Shown piece after piece: positions 37,313 through 51,032 of a stretch of DNA of 64,000 nt. The DNA comes from Microbotryum violaceum (lineage: Eukaryota): contig CDLV01000009.1 in NCBI GenBank assembly GCA_001244265.2, positions 1,488,001-1,552,000 on the forward strand, read 5' to 3'. Position 1 is the first letter of the stretch, and the number at the start of each line of letters is the position of its first letter. Both the position numbers and the translations under genes were made by a program. The notes under the pieces are model-generated. The model made no database searches, was not told the origin of the DNA, and was given only the letters and a program-made list of their open reading frames with translations.

Positions 37313-37547
37313 AGTTGGAAGGAGCGGCGAGCAGTCGAGGAGGTCTGTGCGGCGTACGCGCGAGTACAATGCCTGAATACAATTTGATACACCTGATCCG
37401 ATGCAGAGCCAAAGGTGAGTTGTAAGACCCAGTTTGCCACGCGCGGGATCAGGCCTATCAAATTCTATTCAGGCACTCTTGTACTTGCGCGTACGCCCGG
37501 TACTACGCTGCACAGACCTCCTCGACTGCTCGCCGCTCCTTCCAACT
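37313..37547. mobile_element. Miniature inverted-repeat element, copy B, with ~75-90-bp TIRs and TTGCC target duplication
   Basis: AGTTGGAAGGAGCGGCGAGCAGTCGAGGAGGTCTGTGC... at the left and its reverse complement at the right. TTGCC at 37308-37312 and 37548-37552. Confidence 0.9.
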
Positions 37548-38124
37548 TTGCCAAGCAATAAAGGTGAGAGTTCCACTGAATCGCCATGAACCTGTCTACC
37601 AAACAAACGAAATCCTTGAATTGCGCCGCTTAATCTCCTCGCGTGTGCGAAACGTTCGTGCGTCAGCGGCGCCAGGAGTTGGCCCGGGGATGGATGTGAT
37701 GGTGAAAGGAGGGGCCTTCCCGATGCGAGCGAAATGTGGAAATTATAGTTTCGGCAGTGGGCAGTGTAATAAAGCAGTAGGAAATGGATGCAGTCCCCCT
37801 AGCAGAATGATGGTCGATCAGCCTTGACGAGATCGCTGGCAGCGCTCATTGATCATCGAGTTGGACCAAGCCCAAGTTTTCTAGAATGTGAGGACACCTC
37901 AAAAGAAGAGGGACGTCTAAGTTTGCAAACCATGTGTTCTATACCCGAGTTACGAATTACATTAACCTACCACAAAGCTTGCTGCAGCGCGATAATAAGC
38001 AGACGCCACGGCGAGCCGATATTTAAGAGAAACAACTGACGCGACTAACAGTGCAATGGAAAAATAAACATCCACATACACAATGGAAAATATGGCAACC
38101 AAAACCCATAGAGGGGAAGGTGGC

Positions 38125-41130
<3,006 letters not shown>

Positions 41131-41667
41131 GTTGGGCCTTGCCTCGATGAGGTGGCCAACTCGGTCGAAAGCAAGCGGGGGCCCAAGCTGCGAAGTGCCC
41201 GTCGCGGCGGAAGCTGCCCGACATTCCCGAGGTGGACCAGGATCTCACTGCCAGACGCCAGACGCCAGACGGTCACATCCGAAGTACGGAGCTTTTTACG
41301 GCCATTAGGCTCGCAACTTTGTCTGGCGCATTTTCAAACGCCAATTAAATCTGTGTAGCTTATCATATCCTCCTTCACCCTGGAGTCTGGCAATACTGAC
41401 CTGACTTGGGCCGGGTTTTTTTTTGTATTGACTGCTGTGCCTGGACCTGGTCCGTGCGCAGTCAGCACTCGCTCGGACTCGTGCTTCCTCCTCTGTTTGA
41501 GACCCCTTGCATCGTGACGGGGAGAGACACCGCAATCCGACTATCGATAAGTATCGAATATAGATACAACTTGTGGTATTCTAGTGCACTAGCCTTATAA
41601 AAAGCATAGGCACCACCAACAGAGACAGGTAAAAAGGAACACAAATAATATACTAGATCGGCGCACT

Positions 41668-43423
41668 CTACATGACGAACAACAAACTGGTGTCGAGTTC
41701 GTGGGAGCACGAGAGCTGGGGTTTTTGGTCGTCTGTCAATAGCAAAGCAAGGTATGAGGCTAGATTCTGCAACCTTACACGCGCAATCAGGGGAATCGCG
41801 ACTCACATTTGCCCCTCAACGAGTCGCGCATTGTATTGAGCAGTTGCACATACGATTGTTGCGGGTACTTCGTCAACGAGTCGATGAACGCGAACGAGAG
41901 AGCACCGGTGGCTTTTCCAGCCTCGCTCGTGTCGGCACTCGTCTGCGAATCCTTGCAACCACTCCACGAGATGACATCGGCCATCGACGACTTGGTCTGC
42001 TTCGCGATCTGCGACGCCTTGTTGCCGCCCATCACTTTCTGCCCGACCGAGGTCACCGCTTTGAAGACGCCACCAAGATCGCCTCGAGCATACGATGTGA
42101 ACGCCGACAATGCTCCCTGGCCTGCATCGGCGAGCATGCTGAAAGAGAGACGAAGCGTCAGTGAGGTCCAAAGGGCCATAACATAAACTCGGGTCGCAAG
42201 CTTACTTGGGTTCCTTGATCTTGCCCTGAGTAGAGTAGATGTATGGTAGATCCAAAGCCGAACCAGAATGGCAAGAGTCAAAGATGGCGGTTAGTCGACA
42301 CCCTTGTGGCAGTCGGGCCACCATGATGGCGTGCATCTCGTCGTCGATGATCTGGCCGGCGTTCTTGAAGTCGACAGGATAGATCGTCTCGTCGTAGCCA
42401 TCGTCCTCGTCACCGTCCAAGTCCTTGGCCTGTCCTCCGTGGCCCGAGTAGTGGAAGAAGAGTGAGTCGTTGGGCTGCGCGTCGCTGACGAGCCATTGCA
42501 TCGCCCAAAGGATGTTGGCGCGAGTAGGAATCTCCATGTTGGAAGATCCAGGCCGGTCAGTCAGCTGGACGACATCCTCGCGCTTGTAGTGGTATCGCTC
42601 GCAAATGAACTTGATCATGTTGTCACTATCGTTGACGCAGCCACGAAGCGCGCTAGAAGTGCCGGTGTAGTTGATGCCGATCGACAAGGCCTTGCCTGCA
42701 CAGCCACCAAGAGCGGGTGGGGATGAAGAAGCTTGTCAGGTCAGAACGAAGGATGGGCAACACTTGGGGGCGCCAGAAACGAGTACTGACGTTTTCCGGA
42801 GCAGTTGGAGTACATCTGCGCGTTCGCGACGGGTTGCTGGTGTACTTGGAACTGGTCCCCCTGGTATCGAGACGGCCCCTGATTCTGGTCGAACTCGCCA
42901 TAATGGGTCGGTGGGGGACCGTTGTACTGGGCTTGCTGGCCCGGGAACCCGTTTGGAGGTGCGTATCTGGATGAACAATCACAAGGTGAGGACTTGACCC
43001 GAAAAAAGACGCAGCGATAAAAGGTCAGAACGTACTGGCTTTGGATCGGGGGTTGGGTGGGGACGTAGCCGCCCGACTGCTGCTCGTAGCCGCCGTTGTA
43101 ATCTCCTCCCCCACCGTTGTCGTAGCCCCCTCCTGCCCCGTACTGTTGAGGCGGGGGTGGTCCCCCATAATAGGCCTGAGAAGGCGGGCCAGGGGGTGGT
43201 GGTCCATAATTGTTGTAGTTGTTGTTGTTGTAGCTAAGGTGGCGCGGACCGGGTGCGAATGAGATGAGTGCCATGGGAGGTGGGGTGTCAGCTCGCGCCA
43301 CGGCTTCCCCGTCCAAAGTCCGTGGCCCCATTCCAGGGTGAACTCGGTTACTCACGCATTGGGGTCGGGCATCATGGTGTGATGGTGGCCATGGGGTCGG
43401 TTCGCCCCCGGGTAGCCTGACAT
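41668..43423 (-). CDS. MCA1: Metacaspase (type I) with Q/P/G/Y-rich prodomain
   Basis: [70 protein letters not shown]. Confidence 0.97.
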
Positions 43424-43697
43424 GTTGAGGACGGCGCGAGGCTACAGCGTCGAAGGTGGTAGGAGGCCTGGACGGTGCCCAAGCACAAGCTGTGTCTAGT
43501 AGCGGGCGTGCGAGACCTTCACTTCATCATGGTCATCGCCATGGGTGGGCCGCCCCCCTGGGGGTGGCGCGCATGCGCTTAGAGTGGAGTAGGCGAGAGA
43601 AATGCCTGTTCGCTTCTGCACCTTATTCGTTTCGCTCGAACGGCAGTGCTTATTGCCTCTATACTCGCGAAACTTTTCGACCCTATTGTTACCGGCA

Positions 43698-46600
43698 ATG
43701 ACGACTGCTTCGACCTCAACCAACGACCACGCCGCGCTCTCGTCTATAGAGTCGCCGGCGGCAACTATCGGTGGCGCCGCGGGCGTGCACGTGGCCCCGC
43801 TATTGCCCCCGATGCAACTTTCCGGCGCCCAAGACACGACGGCGGGTACCACTTACGATGGCGCCTTGTTCGGCATCTCTGCCGAAACGATCAAGTGGGC
43901 GAAGGATCGCAAGGATTCTCCGATGTCGTGTCTGTCACGACACCAACAAGTCAAGTGAGTCTGCATTATGGTGTGGGTTTCAAGGCGCGGATGGAGGCGG
44001 GTCTGGTCTTCGACGGCTGCCTGCCGCGCACGCAAAGGCAGGACGCGCGCTATTCTTACGTGCTCCTCATAAAGGAAGCGGTCGACCCGATGACGGCCTC
44101 GATCATCGTCGGAGGCGCACAGTCGCCTTCGGAGATGTTTGACCGGCATTTCGAGTCCGTTGCGATGAATTGGTGATACGACTCGACGGTTCATTATTTG
44201 TGGTGGTCGGGGTTCAAGGTCGAAGATAAAGGTTTTCGGACCCTTCGACCAGTCGATCATGGCTCAGGTCACGGCTGCCCTCAACGTCGCCATGAAGTGG
44301 GCTGAGCTCGCGGCCGAGCACCAGTCGTCGTGTGCCCGGGCGATGGAGCGCCCGGTGGACGATCTCATCGAGGCGCGTGGCCGCATTCAAGCCATGGAGG
44401 AGGCAACGCTGGGGGGCGAGGATTGGAAGCCGAGTCTTCCTCTCCTCAAACCTGTAGCGGTTGCGCCTGCAGTGGTAGTCGTAACTTCGGTGGTTCCGCT
44501 CAGCGCTGTGCCGAGGGCGGCAGCCTGCAACAACTATAACAGTTGGCGCGTCTGTATCACCAATCTTTCCCCACTCTCGTGTCGTGCCGTCACTTCCGCC
44601 TCACGTCCGCGTACGTGTAGATGCCCGGTCCCTACGGGCTCTGGCCCTTTTTGAGGTCGTTACCTCTCAGGCATCGCGTCGAGTGCCTCCGTTCTCTGGT
44701 TCAGGGGTCGAATCCCCCACCGTTCGCGCTTCCTCACGTCCGCGTACGTGTAGACGCCCGGTCCCGACGGACCGGCTGGGCGTTGCCCCTTCCTGCGCAG
44801 CCGATCGCTGACGTGCTGGATTTGAATTTTCCAGACGCGCTAAGCGCTGCTCGGGCGGACCCTCCGAGCATCACCGAACTGCCCATGCACGGGGTGGGCA
44901 GAGCTTCAATTGAACCTGTCGCGGCCGGCAGCAAAGAAGACGTCCCGTTCGTGCCTTCAATGCCCGCGCCGGGCCCGTCGCCAGCGCCCGAAACTTCCGC
45001 TCGCATGCGAATCATGGCTCGCGAAGTCGACTCGTTCCATGATGCGATGTACGAGATTGTTCCGCCGCTCGATGCTCCCGCGTTCAAAGCCAACATCAAG
45101 GCACTCGGAAAGGTCGCGCACGTCGCGCCGTACCTGGCCGCTATACCGAAGCAGATCCGAAAGGGCTTTGATTTCGGCATCAAGGATCCTCCGTCGGAGC
45201 GTCACATCGCGAAGAACGCACCGCTCACCGAGGAGCAACAACTGGTCATGGATGGCGAGATGGGCGCATGCTCGATCTCGGGTACATCGCGGGGCCGTAC
45301 GACAAGGACGAGCTCGAGGCCGCGGTCGGCCCTTTCCGCATGAATCCGATCAGCTATGTGCCGACGTCAGTAGCGCCCGGAATGCCGCCGAAGTGGAGAC
45401 AGATCGAAAATCTGTCTTACCCCAAGACGCTCGGAGGTCGAGTCGGTCACTGGGCCGTTGAGACAGTGTATCGCGAACGGGGAGCGGAAGGCGGTTTCGC
45501 GGGCGCGTCGCCTGGACCGTCGCACGTACGATCAACTCGAATACTGGAGAAGGTTCCTCTCGTCGGAAGGCCCGTTCTCCACGTCGTTCGAGGCCCTCCT
45601 GATCCCATCGAAGCTTGCGCTAGCGTTGGATGCCTGTATGCACGGACTAGGCATCGTCGTCAACGGATACTCCGCGTACTTCGCTCTCCCGAGGGGTGGA
45701 CGGATCTGCCATCGCCTCGACACTCGGTCTCTATCACGAACGCGGAGGCATGGGCGGTCGAGGCGCTGGCCGAGGCAGCGTTACGAATGTGACGATAAAC
45801 ATTTCGTTCTCCAATGTGACAACACCGGGGTTGTGCTTGGATGGAGGAAAGGGCATTCGATGAATCCCTTGTGAACTTGTCGCTTTCAAACCTGCGCAGC
45901 CTTGAGGAAACTCGAGGTGTGAAGTGGTCGATTGAACACATCAACACGAAGGTGAACCCGCGGACGTCGTGTCCCGGCAGCCAGACCGCCCACGGCAGTA
46001 CGAACCGTTCCCGTTCATGATCGCGCACCCACTGTCGAAGTTTCCGGCGGGGCGCGAGTTGCTGCGGGCGGCGGGAGAGCCCCTGTGGCGATAGGCTGAG
46101 ATATTTGACTCCCTTCGTGGAAAGTGGAGCTTCGTTCGTACAGAGTTGCGTATCCCTGTGTCTGCGAGGTCGTGTACCTTTTGTTTGTTGGTGAGGTCGA
46201 ACCCTCTTGCGTCCTGTTTTGTCAATGTCACGCTGTCATGACTCAGAGCCGCGCTCTTGTGCCTCGGTTGCGACTTTGCGGTTGTCCGGTCCTGTCCCGT
46301 CTCCGCCGCGAGAGCGTGATCGCGGGCGCGTGCTTGGAACGTTCAGCCTCTCCCCACCCGCGTCGCACGCCGTCTCGAAAATACAGATGTCTTTCGAGGA
46401 TTCACGAGCCGCGTGGAGGCTTCGTCAACGAGCCGTTCCGTACCCGACGATGCCGACGATGGCTGTGAGGGAGCGCGCCTTCAAGTCAGGAAGAGCGCTT
46501 ACGGGTCGGGCCGACGCGTCGAGTTCGGCGCTGCGCGATGGAGCACCGGCTGCGGCGCCGGCTGTGCGCCGCGTTCGCCAAGACGTATCGAGGTATCAAC

Positions 46601-47701
46601 CGAATCCTCGTTCTCACACCAACGACTCCGGTCCAACGTCCGCTCCATGCGTGTGCATTGGCTGCGACAGAGCACGCGGTGATGGTTGCGGCAGGGCGAA
46701 CGGCGGAGTCGAATGAGATGTACGCGATGTGCATTCTACAATACCTCGAGTACTGTGACGACGAGTTGGTCGACCGGAGGGATCGATTCCCCGCACCTCC
46801 TGACGTCGTCAGGCGATTTCTCACTCGAATCGCGTTGTCGGGAAATGGCGTCGGAGCCTATAGCGTCAGCCACTTTCGCCGATTCCGTACCGCCCTAGAT
46901 TTTTGGCACACGACGCATAGGCTGCGTATGAACTACGATCCGAAGATGTGGACGATGCAACTGGCTGCGGATGCAGCCACAGCTCCAGCCCCCAAACCAG
47001 AGCGATTGGCGGCGACTTTGGACGAGGACGAAGAGTTCATAGCCGAACGGCATCTAGCGGTGGCCAATGCACGTCGGATCGATGCGACGAGCGAAGCTCC
47101 TCTCCGATTCGAGTTGGACCTCCCGTTTGACAAGGTGCGTCGGCGCGTCGGCCGCACGCTGGGAGTCTCGGCGCGAGACGACGAGCCCTTCTGCCCGGTC
47201 GGAGGCATCGATAACCATTTCCGCCTAAACGACCTTCCACCAGGGCGGTTGTTCTCATATCAGGCGCGCGAAGGAGGTCATCGACAACTGACCTCCTCGG
47301 CGTTCTCGCGACGAATCAAACACATTCTTGAGGCGAGCGGGAGGGCGGTCTTGAACAGCCACTCCTTTAGGTCCGGTGAAGCCACGTTCTACCTTCGAGA
47401 AGGTGTACACACGGATCACATCCGAAACCTTGGCCGTTGGTCATCGAATGCCTTCGACGGGTATTGGCGGCAGCACAAGGAGATTGCGATCCGAGTGCTG
47501 GGCAAGGCTGGCAAGCTTGCACTCGATCCGGGTAGAGCCTCAATGCGTTGTAACATAGGCATACTTCGCTGTGTTTTTTTTGGTTGTAAGTGTGGGGGGC
47601 GTGACCTATGGTACGCGTCCGGCGCCAGGGCGCCTGTCCGAACCGGGGGTTCGGGAATTGGGGTGTACGCATCATCCCATGGCCTCGTCCAGGAAGATTA
47701 A
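43698..47701 (+). mobile_element. Decayed DIRS-order (Ngaro-like) tyrosine-recombinase retrotransposon
   Basis: Order is gag-like ORF (CNNYN..C), RT N-terminus (IRKGFDFGI...GYIAGPY...GPFRMNPI...KWRQIENLSYP), RNase H (LDACMHGLG...AEAWAVE...CDNTGVV.GWRKGHS) and YR. The RT core is deleted and there are many frameshifts. Outer boundaries were not defined. Confidence 0.88.
46538..47701 (+). pseudogene. Tyrosine recombinase ORF of the DIRS/Ngaro element, internally deleted
   Basis: LPFDKV, FCPV, LFSY, HSFRSG.ATFYL..GV..D.I..LGRWSSNAFDGYWR (HxxR, W, Y). The first catalytic Arg box was not found. Confidence 0.85.
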
Positions 47702-48054
47702 TCATCTTTCTCATCCCAACGCAACCAAACACACCGAAAGATACACAAGGAAGGTCGCAATTCCCTTTCCGCGCTCGAGAACCCATTGGCATCCGATCGA
47801 GATATCGGAGGGGAAAAGCGAGCTATCGCCAGCCAACGGGGAGCCAACGGCGTCTCGCTGCGCCCAACGCAAGGTCGGCACTGACTCGGCAGGAGCCCTG
47901 CAAAGCTGCAAGCTATTTTCGCCCGCGTCAAAAACGCTAGAGTGATGGCCCCTTATGGCGAGCTTTCCATATGTTCGAGTTTGTTACAGGGTCGACGAGT
48001 CCTACACTACTGGCCTATCCAGTGTGCTTAAATGCATCTCCGACTTTTCCGAAA

Positions 48055-50686
48055 CCAGTGGGAACCCGTTAAATTAACGGAGGATGAAATTCAAAAAATA
48101 GCAGGATAATCGAACAGTCTACATGATATCAGCGCAGAGGTTAAGAAAACACAACACGAAGTACAGCAAAGAAACAAAATCCATTCATCTTACGTTCACC
48201 GCCAAAACAGCCTGCATGTCGCTTGCTGCCAGACTTGGCTTCAAACACTCGTGCAATGAGATCCGGACGGTTGCATGCTTTGTCGTTCGGCCCCAGTGCA
48301 GCCTTGGTATGCGGTGGTTCAGGAACGCACGTCATCGTGATGAGCAGCGGAGGCTTTCCATGCTTGACAACGCACGCCATCGCATCCTGGTATCGCTGCG
48401 TGATGTCGCGATTTGGTTCGGGGTCAAGCCGTTGATGCTTTGGGTCGTGGTGAGGCGTAGGTTCTCTTGATGCAACCGGATGTGTTGAGTCAATCGGTCT
48501 TGACTTGGGAGTACATCCGTAATTCACAAACTCCAGGAAGGGACGTTGGGTGCAATGCGGGATTGAGAAGTACTCGTCGCGTTTGGCAAGTAGTGCGCAA
48601 AGAATTGTGAACGCGAGACTCGCCACCTCGACCCCTTTACTTGACCTTCGTCCTAGGTGTTCAAAAGTTCAATGTCAGTCTGTGCTTGCGCCTTAGACAG
48701 AATGGAGCCTCAGAGAAAGAGCCGAAGACGCGTACGTTCGCCAACACCATCCTCTTCGTCCCCTTCCTCGCCGTCTTCATCCTCATTGTCGCGGTCTTCG
48801 TCCTCCTGTTCGTCTTCGTCATCCAGACCGAGACCGGCAAGTACCTCGCGCAATTGGACACCATTGTCGATCTGCTCTCAGTTTCTGGCGATTGGCGGCC
48901 TGGCTTGGTGGAACCCGCAAAGAGGAATGTTGGGGTGGAAGCCATCTTCGCCTGCAGGAAATAGTAGAGGCTACCGGAGAGGCAACGCAGACGGATGGAG
49001 CGAGCTGATGACTTGGTACTTGGGGCCGACCATGGGGACATCGATCACCGTGCACCTGGAGAATACGGTCTTGAGGTCCACGATCTCCCATGTTGGTGTC
49101 GGAATCGCAGATAAGCATCGCCGTTTCCGTGCTTGACGTAGGAAGTTTGTGGGTGCGTCGGTCTCGGCCTGGTAGGACCCACTCTTTGGCCGTATCCCAA
49201 CCCGCGCGGGCTTTGGCCGATGCGAACTCCCTCACAAAGCGATTGCCGGTGCGCAACATGGACTTGAGCTTGGTCTGCGTTGATCTTTGTATGCGAGTCT
49301 CTGCGCTGTCGGGTCCTTGAAGTCGTGTGTCGGTGGCCTCGGCCGGGTCGATCAGCCATGTGTGAGCAAAGGCTGGGCGTCGATTCACGGCAGGGATCAG
49401 GGCACCGAGTCGATGATAGAGGCGGCCGAACACGCGAAACACGGGAGGTCCTAGAGTGCCCACTTGGGTTTGGTCCCAGTGGGCAGCGAGCAAAGTAAGG
49501 ACAGTGCGTTATTGTACGACCGGGCATTCTCGCGGAATGCAACCGCTTATGTGTGGGTGGGTAGAACAATTCAGCATGTGGGTCTACTGCAGACGAACGT
49601 TGTTGGACGGAGCAACTGACCGCTATCCGAGCCTTGAAGAAGCTGCCGATACTCGAGATTGGGCTGGGGAGGGGGAGGTAGCCGCACCTTGCCCTGCGAG
49701 CAGCACGCGCTGAAGTGTCTGGTCGACTTGGACCTTTCGCACTCCCAGTGCCGAGCCTTGCAGTGGGTGCACACGGCCGTCTGCGGGCCGAGGTCGTCGC
49801 GGATCGAAACGTGGGGCTTGAGGGGTTTGAGCGCGATTCGAGCCCGGCGCACTCGCCTTTGCGGAGGTGGTGGTGGGGCGAGCCCAGCGTCGAGTTGGCC
49901 ATCGCGCTGACCACGCTGTCCGTTCTGCACAGCTGCACGGCGGGCTCGTATACGTGTTGCAACACAAGATCGCTTGAATTGTTGTCATGACGCGCGGGGG
50001 CTGATTCTGTTGATCGGCGCGGGACGAAGAGGAGGGTCGAGCCGCGGGGCGCCCAGCAGCGGGCGCTCGAGCAGGCCCATGGGACGGCGCTACCCTCACG
50101 CCCAAGACTTGGCGAGGCTGGCGACCTTGGGCCGTGACCGGGGCATAGTGGCGAGGGTTTGTTCTTGAATGAGTGTCACTAAAATTGGATGAGAGTGGGA
50201 GGGAGAAAGGAAAGGTTCGAGAGAGTGGCGCCGGGTTATTCACGTGGTTTGATTTGTTGTTCAGCCCCTAATGCCGCTGGTCGACTGCCGGAATGACACT
50301 GACACCGCCGGCGCACCGCATCACGTGACAAACGCCAGCCCTCGCCTCGCGCGTCAGGCAAAGCTCTGCTGTAGAAGCAATATCATGCAAAGCCACGCGC
50401 TTGCGGTTCATTGAATGCAATATGAGTGGAAGCATTGTTTTGTCAGCGAAAAAAAAGAAGGAAAATACTGGGAGCGCTATAGCTTCGTTGGAACGGCGCG
50501 GAAAATACAAAAGTCACCACAGGGCTTGTACATGACTTCTGATCGGAACCCCAACACCACAGGCAGGTGCGGCAGACACAACAGGGTACATCCACCACAG
50601 GCGGCCCTCCGGGCCGCAACCTAGTTAAAAACAGCGATTTTAGGTACATTTCTTAACTCACACCTTTTTTTTACTAGTTAGAGTAA
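48055..50686 (-). mobile_element. Non-autonomous Helitron, copy 2 (deleted RepHel)
   Basis: VCTHCKARHWECE...FSACCSQGKVRLPPPPQP, intron near 49547-49620, FRENARSYNNAL, GPPVFRVFGRLYHRLG, YQDAMACVVKHGKP.LLITMTC...RPDLIARVFEAK. Same 3' hairpin plus CTGG|T as copy 1. Confidence 0.93.
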
Positions 50687-51032
50687 TTATAATTTTCTAG
50701 TTCGCGCGCTAAGAGCAGCTCAGAGCAGCTAGTACTAAGTAAGAGAGGCTAAGAGCCCAAGCTCAAGCTCAAGCCTGCCCTAGCCAGCGGTGACGACCGA
50801 CGTTGTCTTCCGATCGACCACTGGGGACCTCCAGCACGACCCACTCGACTTTGTCCGGCTCAGTCCAAGCACATCGGAGTTACCGCATTCTATCGCTGTA
50901 CCTTAACAGGCCAGCTCCCAGCTCCCACCCTCTTCCAGCTCTCCCCCCTCCTACCATCGGCGCTGCGCCTCGGCGCTTCCTCCGCCGCTTGCCATCTCCC
51001 GCCGCCGGTCGTCGACTTGGCAGCTCGGCAGC

